A stretch of 62,029 nucleotides of DNA. Origin: Phoronis australis. Its lineage: Eukaryota > Animalia > Phoronida. The position numbers and the translations under genes were made by a program. Under the pieces are notes generated by a model. The model saw nothing but the letters and a program-made list of their open reading frames with translations. It was not told the DNA's origin and did not search any database. Numbering within the stretch: the first letter of the stretch is position 1; each line of letters begins with the position of its first letter. This document shows, one piece after another, positions 13,880 through 27,724 of the stretch. Location of the stretch: assembly GCA_002633005.1 (NCBI GenBank), contig NMRA01000930.1, positions 33,858 to 95,886 on the forward strand. Direction: 5' to 3'.

Positions 13880-15850
13880 GTGTTAAAGAGGTCACAAGTC
13901 ATCTGAAGTCGTGCAAAGTGCCACAGAAGTTTGAAAGTATATCGGAATTACAGCAGATTCTTGCCAGAGTTGGCGATAGGAGGTTGGACTGGCAAATCAA
14001 TGGAAATGCGCCGTACACATCAACATGAGTTTGGACTTGGCTTTAGACAAAAATTGACGTGCTGTTATCCAGAACACACAGCATATTGTCAGAGGGATAA
14101 ACCAGGAACAAGCAAAACATGATCTGATGTCATCTCTCACCCCACACCAAGTTTTGGTTGTAATGGATTTTGCAATGAAGTTCATACCCATCAGTTTCCG
14201 TGAGGCACAGTCCCGACTGGTTTGGAAAAAAGGATCTCATGGCACGTGGCGGCTTGTATCACAAAGAAAGGTGAAAGCCACCAGGTAAAAATAAATCCTC
14301 AATTAGTATTAAAGGTGTTGCAAATTCTCAGATGTGCTCAATATTAAACAGAAAGACAGTGATGAACAATGTTGTTGTTTTTACCTCTTTTTAGTATATT
14401 GATTTACTGTAACAGTACAAGATACAGGGAGTGTGCACTTAATATCTAGTCTTTTTCTTGCCATTTCCCAAAAAAAGCTTGACAGTGATGCATTCTTTGT
14501 CTCTTAGTAGATTTTGCACACAAACCTTCATTTTAACTGAAGCCATTTTGTACTTATGTATGATTTTCATATCTTTGTGAAGGGGAAGTTTCCCCCTCCC
14601 TAGAAATGTTTTGAAGGAGCTACTGATATAATAACGTGTTGAGACGAACCATGTTTGAAGTTGAGTTGTGTGATTGCGGTTTAGGTGGTAATAAGATGTA
14701 ATAAGGTAGTTCTTTAAACAAGCTGACCTATTTGAGATACATAATTGTTGTATTTCAGGTACATACTTACATCCATACTCTAGATGCCTGCAATCAAGAC
14801 TTTTTCACTGTTTGCTGTTTAACACTAGATGTGCTAAGGCAGGTGAAACCTAGGGATCCACAAATAACGGAAGCTCCGACAATGCCAATTGTTACCATTC
14901 AGCTGCCCTTCTGATTCATTTGTTCTACATATCTGGTAACACCGGCATCTGTGCTACGACTTCAGTGAAAGTCAGAAGGGAAAAGACATCTGTGACAGGA
15001 AAATCGCACCCTTGAAGTCCCATGCCAAGTACTTCGTCAATGAAGGCAACAAAATGCAGTCGACCTGAAACATGCGCTAGAGTCTAGAGGAGGTGTCAAA
15101 GGCTGTTATGTGTCGGCCTGTAGTGTGAATGCCCCAAAGGTCCTTCCCAAGCACAGTATCCCAGGGACAAGTTTGCTGACAAACTTTGAGTATTCCGCCG
15201 ATGGCATTCGAGCAAGGAAGGCCTATAGAGTAGGGGAGGGAAAACTTGTCATCAACAAATCATGTAAACTGTTGCCTCTGAAAAGTCTTGACCTTGCAAC
15301 ACTCGAGTATTTTACAACTCCAAGGGTTGAGTCGGGGCTGGTATCCCGTGAACGTCATACGAAGTTCACATGCACACACTGTGGGTGCTCGAAATATTTT
15401 CCTACAGATGCTGGGCTAAATGAGCTCTTGGATGTTGGTGCTCATTCACCATACCTCCAGAACGAGACTCAGTTCGACCACATTTCAAGACAATCTGATA
15501 TGTTATCTACTATGACAGCTGTATCATCACCTGAGTTCTCTGCCGTTTACGTTGTTGATCAAGTTGCCGCAGGATTGGGCCCTGAAAAGTATTAGAAAAG
15601 CAGTCCGCTTCTCTGAGAAGGTAAAGACTTAACCCAGGTGAAGGTGAACAGTCAGGTAGAAAACAACAACAGCTGAGGTTGTAAAGATGATGCGAGAAGC
15701 CAAGAATAAGTAAGGAAAAGTTTTCTCCTCTGAAGAGTGGCTGTCGGAGCAACAGATTGTTGGATTTTTCTCCCGTATGGTTGCCGCGTCTCAAATCCGA
15801 AATATTCAGAATATTGAAGATGCTGATGCTGCTGCTGCCCACGAGTTTGC
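13880..15850 (+). pseudogene. Sola3-like DDE transposase pseudogene with an intron, frameshifts and internal deletions
   Basis: Hand translation gives HIVRGINQEQAK...VMDFAMKFIPISFREAQS/DWFGKK/GISWHV (about 14080-14284). After an intron (about 14285-14758) it continues VHTYIHTLDACNQD...SDNANCYH...YDFSESQKGKDICDRKIAPLKSH. Confidence 0.75.
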
Positions 15851-16986
15851 CTCAAAGAATGACTTGGAGCTTGAAGTCATGAATGAGTTATCATCATAAA
15901 CTGTAGGAAATTATAAACATGTTTTAGTTGTTGTCTATTCTTATGATATTGTTGTGGCCCTCATTATCGTAGCTAGGGGACTGGGGACCACCCTTCGCGA
16001 AATTGGGAAACATGGAAGATGACGCAATTTCGGGGCTTCCATTGGGGAGAGATTTGAGTGGTGACCGTTTGGGAAAAATAATCCAAGCCACTGATGGTCA
16101 ACATTGAAATCTTGTGTCACTTTTTACTAGCGTTTTTTGTTTTATGTTCAGTTTGAGACTCGTAAAGCATACTTTTTACACGATTGATTCTATTGAAACT
16201 ACTGAGATTTTTTATAGGAGTGATTATCTACTTTTGAGAAATGTCTATCTTAGACATGTGTACTGAGCAAAATAAAAGGCCTTAGTGTTTCGGTAGCTCT
16301 TGTTTTCTTCAAACAAAATGCATTTTTTTGAAGTGTTGTGTAGAAATGCATCATACACTAAACCTAGCATACCTTCAAGAAACTGTGGTTTTGAGTCCGC
16401 CGCTTGAACGAAATTTACATATTGTGAAACTTTTAGCAGGTAAGTCGCAACAACACCCAATTGCTTAAATACTGGTTTGGAAAGCAGGTATCTCGGATAT
16501 CACTGAAGCTATTATTTTTTCAATCGTAAATATCCGTACCTGTTATTTTTCTGAAAATGAAAATTCCATTGGCGCACTGCCACCATGCTCGGCCGCTTTT
16601 GTGTAGTAGAAGAATCATTGCGTGACACTTTGTATGTCCAATAACACGACACTTCTGCTCGTATCCACCGTCCTCTTCTCACTTGTGATCTCAAAGATCT
16701 TGACTAGTTTTAGTATGAACTTTGCTAATAGTGTGAGAGGACTTTTTCAAGCGCATATACAGGGATTTGTTCAGGAGGTCTGAATTTGGACCAGCATGCA
16801 CTGCAGGCAGTGCGTGGGATTCTTAGTCAATTATGGTGTTCGAAAACTGACCAAGCAATGGGTAATGGGCACCCTTAATAAGAATAAAACCTGCTTCTCT
16901 GAAGTATGAGATGGTGATGGGTTTGTATTATTAACTCATAAGGACATTAAACTTGACTTTTTTGGTTTCTGTAATCCTATAACGAA

Positions 16987-18020
16987 TTTTTATTTTTGCA
17001 CCAGCAAAACTGAAAATCCGCGAAGAAAAATCTCTCATACAGCTTCCCATGATCTCCTTCGTCACTGATGCAGCAAAACGAATGATATTTGTTCTNTTTT
17101 TATTTTTGCACCAGCAAAACTGAAAATTCGCGAAGAAAAATCTCTCATACAGCTTCCCATGATCTCCTTCGTTACTGATGCAGCAAAACGAATGATATTT
17201 GTTCTATTTGGCATCTTGGTCGATAGATAATTGCACAGTCGAGTAGCGCCACCTAGAGTCTATTAATCAAACTGACAGTCACAGATTGGCAGAAAAGTGT
17301 GTGAGTTATGTAAAAAACTGACTGCACAAAAACTATGAAAGAGACAAGATTTTTTATTCTTGCGTTGGGCTGAACAATGACAGCTGTAACAGATGGAAGT
17401 TAACTCATGTTCCAAAAGAATCCGATGTAGATTTGGGAAAGTGATAAAAATGCGTAAAAATGGCCTTAATATTAAGTAGTGAAAATGATATTTTTGTAGG
17501 CTAAAATGGGAGGACATAAAAAATCAATAAATCCACCCGAACTAGTTTTTCTTGTATTTTATTCTTTCTTCTTTCTGCTATATAGTTATTTTTTCAATAG
17601 CGTGAAGCGATGATGTGCTGTTGCTGANAGTCGAGTAGCGCCACCTAGAGTCTTTTAATCAAACTGACAGTCACAGATTGGCAGAAAAGTGTGTAAGTGA
17701 GTTAAGTAAAAACTGACTGCACAAAAACTATGAAAGAGACAAGATTTTTTATTCTTGCGTTGGGCTGAACAAGGACAGCTTTAACAGATGGAAGTTAACT
17801 CATGTTCCAAAAGAATCCGATATAGATTTGGGAAAGTGATAAAAATGCGTAAAAATGGCCTTAATATTAAGTAGTGAAAATGATATTTTTGTAGGCTAAA
17901 ATGGGAGGACATAAAAATCAATAAATCCACCCGAACTAGTTTTTCTTGTATTTTATTCTTTCTTCTTTCTGCTATATAGTTATTTTTTCAATAGCGTGAA
18001 GCGATGATGTGCTGTTGCTG
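16987..18020. repeat. Two near-identical tandem duplications, each joined by a single N (probable assembly overlaps)
   Basis: About 110 bp is duplicated around the n at 17097 and about 390 bp around the n at 17628. Confidence 0.7.
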
Positions 18021-20196
18021 ACAAAACTCACCTACTTCTAAGTACTATTATTTGCTATTTTTTTAGAAAAAGTACTAAGTGGCTGTAAAAAGGGTTAAAA
18101 GGAACTCGGAAACTTTTAAAAATTCAGGCTCAGGTTTCTTTTGACAAGGCCAGCTGATGTGCTAAGTTTCAAAAAAAATTGGTGATTTTGCATATATAGC
18201 CCACCATCTGGTTTTTATATGGAATTGCTCTTAACAGGTTATCCAAAAGCTAAATAGGGTGCCCAAGCCAAGGTGTCAAAATTTATGTTGAGGTGTCAAA
18301 ACAAACACCCCTGCATGAATGACTGCTAGACGAAGGACAGCTCCTGGGGGTGCCACCTACGACAGAAAGACACCTGATGTGCTCGTTATGATCCATGGCA
18401 GCTAACAGATTTCCGGCACGGTACATAGGGGAAGCATAAGCAAATCACTTGTCCCAATACATAAGAATTTTAAAACAGTTTATTCTACATGTATATCATA
18501 TTGTTATGAATTAGCAATTGGCTGCTGGCATCTTGGTTAAAACAATACACTTTCTGATGCTGTAAACATTGCTAATGTTACACCATGTCACAATCCTAAA
18601 GCTAGATTGGGTAATATCTGTTGTTGATGTAATACGAAGCCTTCTTTAGCAATGTTGGGTTCATCACCATCTTTCTTAATGTATCATGGGGAGGTGACCG
18701 GTATACACTCAATTCACTTGTCTTCATTGGCACGTTCTGCTGGCTCACTGCCATGCAATCCTTTAAACTAAAATGCTAGCAGTTGTCAGTTGAAGAGTCT
18801 ACTTGTGCTCGCCTGTCATCTGTTGCAACATACTGACCCACTTGTCCTCAAAAACAACACATAACAAACCGTCGATCGAAACGAATTATTCCCTAAAATG
18901 TCTACATGTAAATAAATAAATTTATGAAGACAGCTTATTTGATTCCCAGTTTATATGCACTCATGGTCTCAACTGAGCCATAGAAAAGGAAAAATATGCC
19001 ATTCATGTGCTTGGTACAGTATTCATGTGTGTTTTTTAAGCAGATGGCTATATAGCTAATTGTAGTTCGTGACGTGAAAAAGGCCCCAATGAAAAAACAG
19101 ACCATCATCACAGTCATTTATTTGAGTGCATTGAAAATTATCAGTTGAACAGACAAAATCAATGGTGTCTAGACTTACACAAACAGGCTGTATAAACTGT
19201 CAGCATGTATACAGCCACAAGACTACTGTAGTTAGCCTTGCACTTGGGCATTTAAATTCATACTACAAATCTGTATACAACCGTAAGACTAGTAAGCCGT
19301 TTAATACCACGCTGGTATTAAGACTAGAAGTACTTGTAACTACATAAAATTTAAGCTTGTATACCCACTGCATGACTGTTATGCAGTAAAAGATGAAATC
19401 AATTTCAAAAGATTCCAATAAGATCTTATCAATTAAATTTCCTCTTATTCGTTAGATAACACATCAAACTAAGAACTTCTGACAAAGCCAAAGTATAATT
19501 GATTCTTACGATTAGTTAAGCTATGAGCTCTATATTTATTGCATTGATATTATGCAAGTTGCCTTGTTCACGCTTAGTTCAAAGGCGTGGCCTGAAAACT
19601 ACCCCAAGTTTACTTAACTGTTTAATATTCACACCTAAGCTACCATGCAATAGTCTCCAGCAGCGACAGCGACAAATAGACTTACAGCATGAACTGTTGC
19701 AACTCTGAATAAATAAGATCATTTGCCATTTCCTTATTCACTGGAAGAGTCTGCCTAGTTACAGTTCGTGTATGTCTACTTATGCACGTTTATGCCTTTA
19801 GAGCTTCGATTTTGGTACTGCAATTCCTGAAACTATGCACGAACTAGTGTACAGTTTTGTGTTGGGTATGTGTACCATGAGCAAACTACCTTACTAAGAT
19901 GAGGAAGAGTAAACTAGCCGATGTTCGTTACGCTGCACAGAGACTCAACAAGTAAATGGAAGTAGAAGGTGAAAATAGCGCTTTATAACTGCATATTTAC
20001 ATCACCAATATGAGAATGCTGTGGGGTTTCCTGGACCTAAGAACCAGTAATGACCGGCGCGTCTGCATACTATAACTTTCAGATTATTCACCAATGGAAT
20101 TTTAACGCTTTTTTGCATTGGGTCTCGGCTTTGCTTGTTAACTGATGCTGGAGTGATTGGAGCAAATAATTTGCGAACGCAACTGGAATAATTTAA

Positions 20197-23100
20197 GAGC
20201 AATTCCAAATATCAGAAAAGCAGGTTTTATTCTTATTAAGGGTGCCCATTACCCATTGCTTGGTCAGTTTTCAATCACTGTAATTGACTAAGAATCCCAC
20301 GCACTGCCTGCAGTGCATGCTGGTCCATTTTCAGACTTCCTTAACAAATCCCTGCGCTTGAAAAAGTTCTCTCAAAATATTAGCAAAGTTCATTCTAAAA
20401 CTAATCAAGATCTTCGAGATCACAAGTGAAAAGAGGACGGTGGATACGAGCAGAAGTGTCGTGTTATTGGACATACAAAGTGTCACGCTATGCTTCTTCT
20501 ACTACACAAAAGCGGCAGCGGCCGAGCATGTTGGCAGTGCGCCAATGGAATTTCAGAAAAATAACAGGTACGGATATTTACGATTGAAAACCTAATACTT
20601 TCAGTGATATCCATGATACCGGCTTTCCAAACCAGTATTTAAGCAATTGGGTGTTGTTGCGACTTACCAGCTAAAACTTTCACAATATGTAAATTCCGTT
20701 CATGCGGCGGACTCAAAACCACAGTTTCTTGAAGGTATGCTAGGTTTAGTGTATGATGCATTTCTACACAACACTTCAAAAAGCTGCATTTTGTTTGATG
20801 AAAACAAGAGCTACTGTAACACAAAGTCCTTTTATTTTGCTCAGTACACATGTCTAAGATAAACGTTTCTCAAAACTAGATAATCACTCCTATAAAAATC
20901 TCAGTAGTTTCAATAGAATCGATCATGTAAAAAGATTTCAATGTTGACCATCAATGGCTTGGGTTATTTTCCCCAAACGGCCACCACTCAGATCTTTACC
21001 CCATGGAAGCCCCGAATATGCGTCATCTTCCATGTTTCCCAATTTCGCGAAGGGTGGTCCCCAGTCCCCTAGCTACGATAATGAGGGCCACAACAATATC
21101 ATAAGAATAGACAACAACTAATACATGTTCATAATTTCCTAAAGTTTATGATGATAACTCATTCATGACTTCGAGCTCCAACTAATTCTTTGAGGCAAAC
21201 TCGTGGGCAGCAGCAACAGCATCAGCATCTTCAATATTCTGAATGTTTCGGATTCGAGGTGCGGCAGCCATACGGGAGAAAAATCCAGCAATCTGCTGCT
21301 CCGACAGCCACACTTCAGAGGAGAAAACTTGTCATTGCTTATTGCTGGCTTCTCGCATCATCTTTACAACCTCAGCTGGCTGTTGTTTTCTGCCTGACTG
21401 TTCACCTTCAGGAAATACATCATTGGGTTAAGTCTTTACCTTCTCAGAGAAGCGGACCGCTTTTCTAATACATTTCAGGGCCCAATCCTGCAGTGACGTG
21501 ATCAACAACGTAAACAGCAGACAACTCAGGTGATGATACAACTGTGGTAGTAGATAACATATCAGATTGTCTTCAAATGTGGTAGAACTGAGTCTCTTTC
21601 TGGAGGTATGGTGAATGAGCATCAACATCCAAGAGCTCATTTAGGTCAGCATCTGTAGGAAAATATTTCGAGCACCCATAGTGTGTGCATGTGAACTTCG
21701 TATGACGTTCACGGGATACCAGCCCCGACTCAACCCTTGGAGTTGTAAAACACTCGAGTGTTGCAAGGTCAAGACTTTTCAGAGGCAACAATTTACACGA
21801 TTTGCTGATAACAAGTTTTTCCTCCCCTACTCTATAGGCCTTCCATGCTCGAATGGCATCGGCGGAATACTCAAAGCTTGTCAGCAAACTTATCCCTGGG
21901 ATACTGTGCTTGGGAAGGACCTTTGGGCATTCACACTACAGGCCGACACATAACAGCCTTTGACACCTCCTCTAGACTCTAGTGCATGTTTCAGGTCGAC
22001 TGCATTTTGTTGCCTTCATTGACTAAGTACTTGGCATGGGACTTCAAGGGTGTGATTTTCCTGTCACAAATGTCTTTTCCCTTCTGACTTGCTGAAGTCG
22101 TAGCGCAGAATGGAGGTGCCGGTGTTACCAGATACTTGTATGTAGAACAATGAAACAGAAAAGCGGCGGAATGGTAACAATTGGCATTGTCGGAGCGTAG
22201 GAAAGCTTCCGTTATTTGTGGATTCCTAGGTTTCACCTGCCTTCGCACATCTAGCGTCTAGCTTAAACAGCAAACAGTGAAAAAGTCTTGCTTGCAGACA
22301 TCTAGAGTATGGATGAAAGTATGTACCTGAAATACAACAATTATGTAACTCAAATAGGTCATCTAGTTTAAAGAACTATCTTATTACATCTTATTACCAC
22401 CTAAACCGGAATCACACCACTCAACTTCAAACACGGTTCGTCTCAACACATTATTATATCAGTAGCTCATTCAAAACATTTCAAGGGAGGGGGGGAAATT
22501 CCCCTTCACAAAGATATTAAAATCATCCATAAGTACAAAATGGCTTCAGTTAAAATGAAGGTTTGTGTGCAAAATCTACTAAGAGACAAAGAATGCATCA
22601 CTGTCAAGCTTTTGTTGGGAAATGGCAAGAAAAAAGACTAGATATTAAGTGCACACTCCCTGTATCTTGTACTGTTACAGTAAATCAATACAGTGAATAC
22701 TAATTGAGGATTTATTTTTACTTGGTGGCTTTCACCTTTCTTTGTGATAGAAGCCGCCACGTGCCATGAGATCCTTTTTTCCAAACCAGTCGGACTGTGC
22801 TTCACGGAAACTAGATGGGTATGAATTTCATTGCAAAATCCATTACAACCAAAACTTGGTGTGGGGTGAGAGATGACATCAGATTCTGTTGTGCTTGTTC
22901 CTGGTTTATCCCTCTGACAATATGCTGTGTGTTCTGGATAACAGCACGTCAATTTTTGTCTAAAGCAAAGTCTAAACTCATGTCGATGCGTAAAATATAT
23001 AACGACGCATTTCCATTGGTTTGCCAGTCCATCCTCCTATCTCCAGCTCTGGCAAGAATCAGCTGTAATTCCGATATACTTTCAAACTTCTCTGGCACTT

Positions 23101-23868
23101 TGCGCGACCTCAGGTGACTTCTGACGTCTTAAACACAGTTAATGAAGGCCACATTTCCTCCGCGATCACACTTATGTAACGAAAATTAACTAAATGTACA
23201 AGAAGGAAATTCCTCCATATTCTATGCAGAGACAGGAAGTGCATGTAATCTCGGACCCTAAAGTGCTATTGGTAAAGTTGAACAAAGCATGGAGTGTTTT
23301 AGAAAATTGGGGTCTCAAAAGTGAAATTTAAATTTTTGTAATATTGCATTGTTGATATTAGATCATATATTTTAGGTGATATCTCTAAACTAAAAGAGTA
23401 GCCTCAATTCTCTTGTCAGTCAGAGTAAGACCACATCAAAAAAATGCCCAAATTCGAGGGCCACGTTTAGCACTAAATATATAAGAGACGAGTTTTTTTT
23501 AAAAAGAAATTATCGAAGTTCAATCTTAGAAGCGTCTACACAGAGAATTTCAACTTCAAATACATTCCAATATGGCAGGCAGGTTAAGCAACATCTTGCC
23601 ACTAGTGACTGGCCTGAAAAGTGGTCTCGGAGTTTTCTCCCCCGCTGGAAATTTAATTGTACCTATGAGTTGCAAATTTCATTTTCTTTCTAACCTTACA
23701 TGAGTCTTTATGACCATCAATGTCAAACTTTGTCACCAGTTTTTCAAGTCTGATTTTTTGCCGTTCAAAAAATTCAGTTTTACTGACATGAAACAATGCA
23801 AAATATGCTTTTATAGCCAAATAGGTCATATCTCGGTAACCAAAGGTCATTGAGTGCAAATATTGCAG
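20197..23868 (-). mobile_element. Degenerate Sola3-like DNA transposon, right (inverted) copy
   Basis: Begins TTAA|GAGCAATTCCA. Reverse-strand ORFs 21991-22248 (FLRSDNANCYHS...QKGKDICDRK) and 22638-22952 (ISWHV) mirror the left copy. It lacks the left copy's 16900-18215 segment. Confidence 0.75.
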
Positions 23869-24269
23869 TACATTGGCGTGTTTACTCTAACAAAGTTGTG
23901 GACGAAACTGAGGACTAAAACACTCAGTCGACTCATAACTTCACGAAAGCTGGGATTACATGTAGAAAACGAGCTAATTAGTACACAAATGGAAGTCTCG
24001 GACATCCGAGTCAGTTGACTTACCTGTCATGTAAAATCTTTGCTAACTGAGCATGCGTAACAGCCAACAGGGATCGCAGATACATGTAATTCCAGCGCTC
24101 AAACTGAATTCCCATTAAAATGTTGGTGTGGTAACAGTCTTTTGCCGTACTAAACGTTTTCAACAGAGTACAACCTTTGACTTGCTCTCCATTTTGAGCG
24201 TACTGGTAGCGCGTGAATTTATAATTTTGCTTATTCTCAAGATTGCGTATGCGTGAACTTGTAATTTAA

Positions 24270-25324
24270 CCCTTATCCTGCTAAGCCTCAACTTTCCCTG
24301 TGTGCTAAGCTAAGTACATGTAGGTCACCACTGCTGCTATGCACTGGGCTGTTATGAAGGTCACTCAGATTAATGACCTAACATTTTTAAATTGGAAATT
24401 TGAAGGGGTAATGTCAATTTCACATAAAAGTAGTCTGCACAAAAGTTGTTCAGAATTTAATGGAATTTTTCACCATATACATATCTTTACCATCGTCTTC
24501 CTGTGAATAATTCTATTAACTTTCAAACTCGACACCCTTTGTTTTTATCTGTTTTCGCACATGAGAACATTATAGCAGACACTCAAAAACCGTAATAAGC
24601 ATTTTTAAAAGGGAATTCATGGGATTTGCATGTTTAACAAAGCAGATTTATTGTTTGTAATATCACATCTACAAACAAGAATGTACAGTATATAACATAG
24701 GGCCTACCTCAACTTTGCACGATAACAAATTTATAAGTGGTGCAGTCGCTTGCTAAAGTCTGTTTTGAAGTTCACCTTGACATGCAAAAACTTGAATCAC
24801 GGGTGGGGACACAAAACTATTCTGTGAAAAAGTCACAAAAATATCTAGTTCTGAATGAGTTCCATCATGCGCGAATGGCGTGAGCCAAGCATCGTCGTAG
24901 GCCCGTCCAAGTTCAGCTTCAGGGATCGGTAACTCCTCCAAAATTGCACTGAGATCCGAATCGATAGAATCTGCATTACTTGTGACTGTTGTATTAGTTT
25001 CCCAGTCACTGTCACCGTCACTTTGAGTGGCAATTCCAGCTTGTTTTCACTATCTGAGTCCATGAACACTTCCTCAAGAAACTGGTCAACAGTCATCTTA
25101 CCACGTTTGGCACCAGCCAAGATAAAACTTGCGTAAACTTTCAAATATCTCGGCAACAACTCACCACAGCCATATGTTGTAAATCAGAAAAATGTACAGG
25201 AAACAATGCACTGTGGAATGCGCATGCTCACATATATAAACAGCATACGGGGCTTTCACAATTTCTGAATGAAAAACACCAGTGTCCTGGGGTGAGTACA
25301 CTCTCCTTGCGCAGTCTAGCCGTA
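24270..25324 (-). mobile_element. piggyBac-like fragment, copy 1 (TTAA|CCC end plus acidic transposase N-terminus)
   Basis: TTAA|CCCTTATCCTGC at 24266-24281. The minus strand encodes MTVDQFLEEVFMDSDSE...DDAWLTPF...SELDIFVTF, resembling piggyBac transposase N-termini. 24818-25324 is repeated at 31155-31660. Confidence 0.65.
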
Positions 25325-25522
25325 GCTTATTCTCAAGATTGCGTATGCGTGAAATTGCAATCAGGAGATTTGTTTTGTTCAGTCTAAAGAATTTTTGTTA
25401 CTATTGACCCCACAATTACCCAATTTCTTCTACACAGGAATTCGTGTCACGGAATTGGAGGACTAGGTGGATCGATGGTTAATAAACTATTACTTGGTGA
25501 ATAAGATCGCCGGTAGTAGAAA

Positions 25523-25544
25523 ATATATATATATATATATATAT
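25523..25544. repeat. (AT)n microsatellite
   Basis: Read directly from the sequence. Confidence 0.9.
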
Positions 25545-27011
25545 TGATATTTTTGATTAACCTGAAATTTGGTCTTAGCGCACTGCAAATTTTATCAACA
25601 TGAACCCGATTATTTGAGTATAATTGCTAAGCTTACTCGGGGTGTTCCGATTTTGCACATATGTGATCTTGAAATTAAGCAGAATTTTATGCGCAAGCAT
25701 ACTGCAGTTTTCGACGACAGTGTTCCTCAGGAACAGAATTTCGATAAATTGACACTTCGTCAGCCATCTTTATTTAATGGTGCTGTGTACATTTAGACAA
25801 AAATTAAGCTAAAATATCTGTATTAAGTTCAGTGTACAATGACAAAATTTGAGGTCATGTTCAAAGACCATAATTTGGGCTTTGGTTTGCGTAAAGATCC
25901 GTTTCATGAAGTTTTGAAAAAAAATAAGTGGACTTAGTAGCTTTAAGTCATCAAAATTTGTCAGGTATTCGAACTTTGTGGTTAAAAAGCACAACCTTGG
26001 TTGGTTTTAATCAGTCACAGTACTTTCTTTTCTTAATTAGTATTATGCTTAAGACGTTGACTTATCTCATTTGTGACTTATTTTATATTTGTGATATTTG
26101 TGATATTACTGATTGCAGGGTTGTCTGCCCCGACTTGAAATGTGCAGAAGATGTTTGGGGTACGGTGAACTACACGCAAGTAGGTATTAACAGTTAAGTC
26201 TTCGTCACAGCATTGATTCTACTACTGATTAACTAGCATTAACTTATGGTTGAAACATAATACTGAAAAACATTTCTGTACAAGGCATGCATTCCTTACA
26301 AATAATACGTTATGTCGTGGTTATATGGCATCTCCAGCCTCGTGTTGTTTCTTGCTAAATTGATTAAGCTAATATGGTCGTTGAATAGATTCCGACATGA
26401 TTTCCATGCCACTAAAACAACAGCCTGCCCTTACCTGATTATAGCCATTGAACGACAGTGAACTATTCTGTCTTGCCGCCCTCGCCCCCTCTCTTCCACG
26501 CTCGCACCTTCCCATACGTTGGTCGTACTTCCCATATAACATATTCTAGTGTTTGTCTTTATTAATGAAGGATTCGAGCATTTGTGCCGCCGCATGGCAC
26601 GATGGTCGCATAAAGCCTTGGAGCACGAACGCTAGGGACAGAACAGTTACTTGGTCATCGGGAACAAGGATGTCTGTTATCCTTGGTACTACCAGATATG
26701 GAAAATCATCAAAACAGTATGTTTTAAACTTAGATATTCCTACTATTGTGTTCTAGAATTCGCTTTTCATGTGTCTGAAATTCCATTAGTTCATAGATTT
26801 AGTAAAAGACATTTCTTCCATCGTTTGTTCGCAAATTATAGAGCATTTTATGAATCTTTTTTAATCAACAGAAGCCCGAAATATTTATTTTGTGGATACT
26901 ATGATTATGCAAAATGCAATAGACTGGTACGTCGAATCTACGTATGGCGAGATAGATGCAATGAATGCTCTTTGTGGACTTTCAGGCGCCACTATTTTTC
27001 TTTGTTGGTAG

Positions 27012-27061
27012 ACACAGCGGTATCTATGAAACAAGTTTCTTCACCAGTGAACGCGTGGCAG
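27012..27061 (+). CDS. Candidate short upstream exon of the Tie-like gene
   Basis: Pyrimidine tract with TAG acceptor and a strong CAG|GTAAGT donor. The frame HSGIYETSFFTSERVA ends in phase 1, compatible with the exon at 27458. No recognisable homology. Confidence 0.35.
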
Positions 27062-27085
27062 GTAAGTTTTTATGTGGAGAGGGAC

Positions 27086-27087
<2 letters not shown>

Positions 27088-27139
<52 letters not shown>
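27088..27139. repeat. (GA)26 microsatellite
   Basis: Read directly; it explains the RERERE ORFs. Confidence 0.95.
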
Positions 27140-27141
<2 letters not shown>

Positions 27142-27457
27142 CGGACTGACGGAGGGACGGACGGTCGCAGGGAGAGGGGTACCGATGACCTGGACATTGG
27201 CTACAGAAAAAGTGGAAAAAGTGGACGATTATATACTAAGTGACATGGAGTACATATGTTTAATCTGGCCATTTGCGAGCTAGCATTTCCTCCTAACTTG
27301 CACCGCTACGGTGTTAAGATGGATATCTCGAAATGAACTGATCAGCACGAACAAACTGGTCGGAAATATATTCACCATTGTATTATTGAATATATTTCTT
27401 CAAATGACTATTGACACTTTTCTCGTGCTACACTATATACATACTGATTTACTTCAG

Positions 27458-27724
27458 AAACTCTGTACGACATTAGCACTCTTGTGGATCCTACAGCGGA
27501 GACCATTTCATGCTTCGGCCGCGGCAACGCCGATCCAAGTGGCAATACAAAGCTAGTGATTGGAGTATTCGTACCAACATTAACACAGAAGCTTTATCTT
27601 GCAATCCCCGTGAAGTCTGGACTATCTCGCAGATACATTAAGATTGGAGCATACTTTTGCACAGCTAGTGACAAGAAAAATCTCTATTCACGTGTTGTCA
27701 GCGTGGCTCAGAAGACAGGTGGCA
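27458..27724 (+). CDS. Tie/TEK-like protein, exon encoding the first Ig-like domain
   Basis: ttcag acceptor, gtaagt donor, phase 1-1. TLYDISTLVDPTAETISCFG...IGAYFCTAS contains an Ig Cys pair and a GAYFC motif like Tie Ig1. Confidence 0.75.

Larger units (their letters stand above)
13158..18230 (+). mobile_element. Degenerate Sola3-like DNA transposon, left copy
   Basis: Carries transposase remnants and ends TGGAATTGCTC|TTAA (18220-18234). GAG/CTC termini with a TTAA target are typical of Sola3. 13158-16900 is an inverted match to 20215-23868. Confidence 0.75.

Noticed and set aside
16987-18020. Tandem duplications as biological repeats
   Set aside because: Each junction is a single N and the copies are nearly identical, which is typical of unmerged contig overlaps.
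26651-27283. 210 aa ORF, the longest in the track
   Set aside because: It runs through the (GA)n microsatellite and a splice donor and has no recognisable domain.
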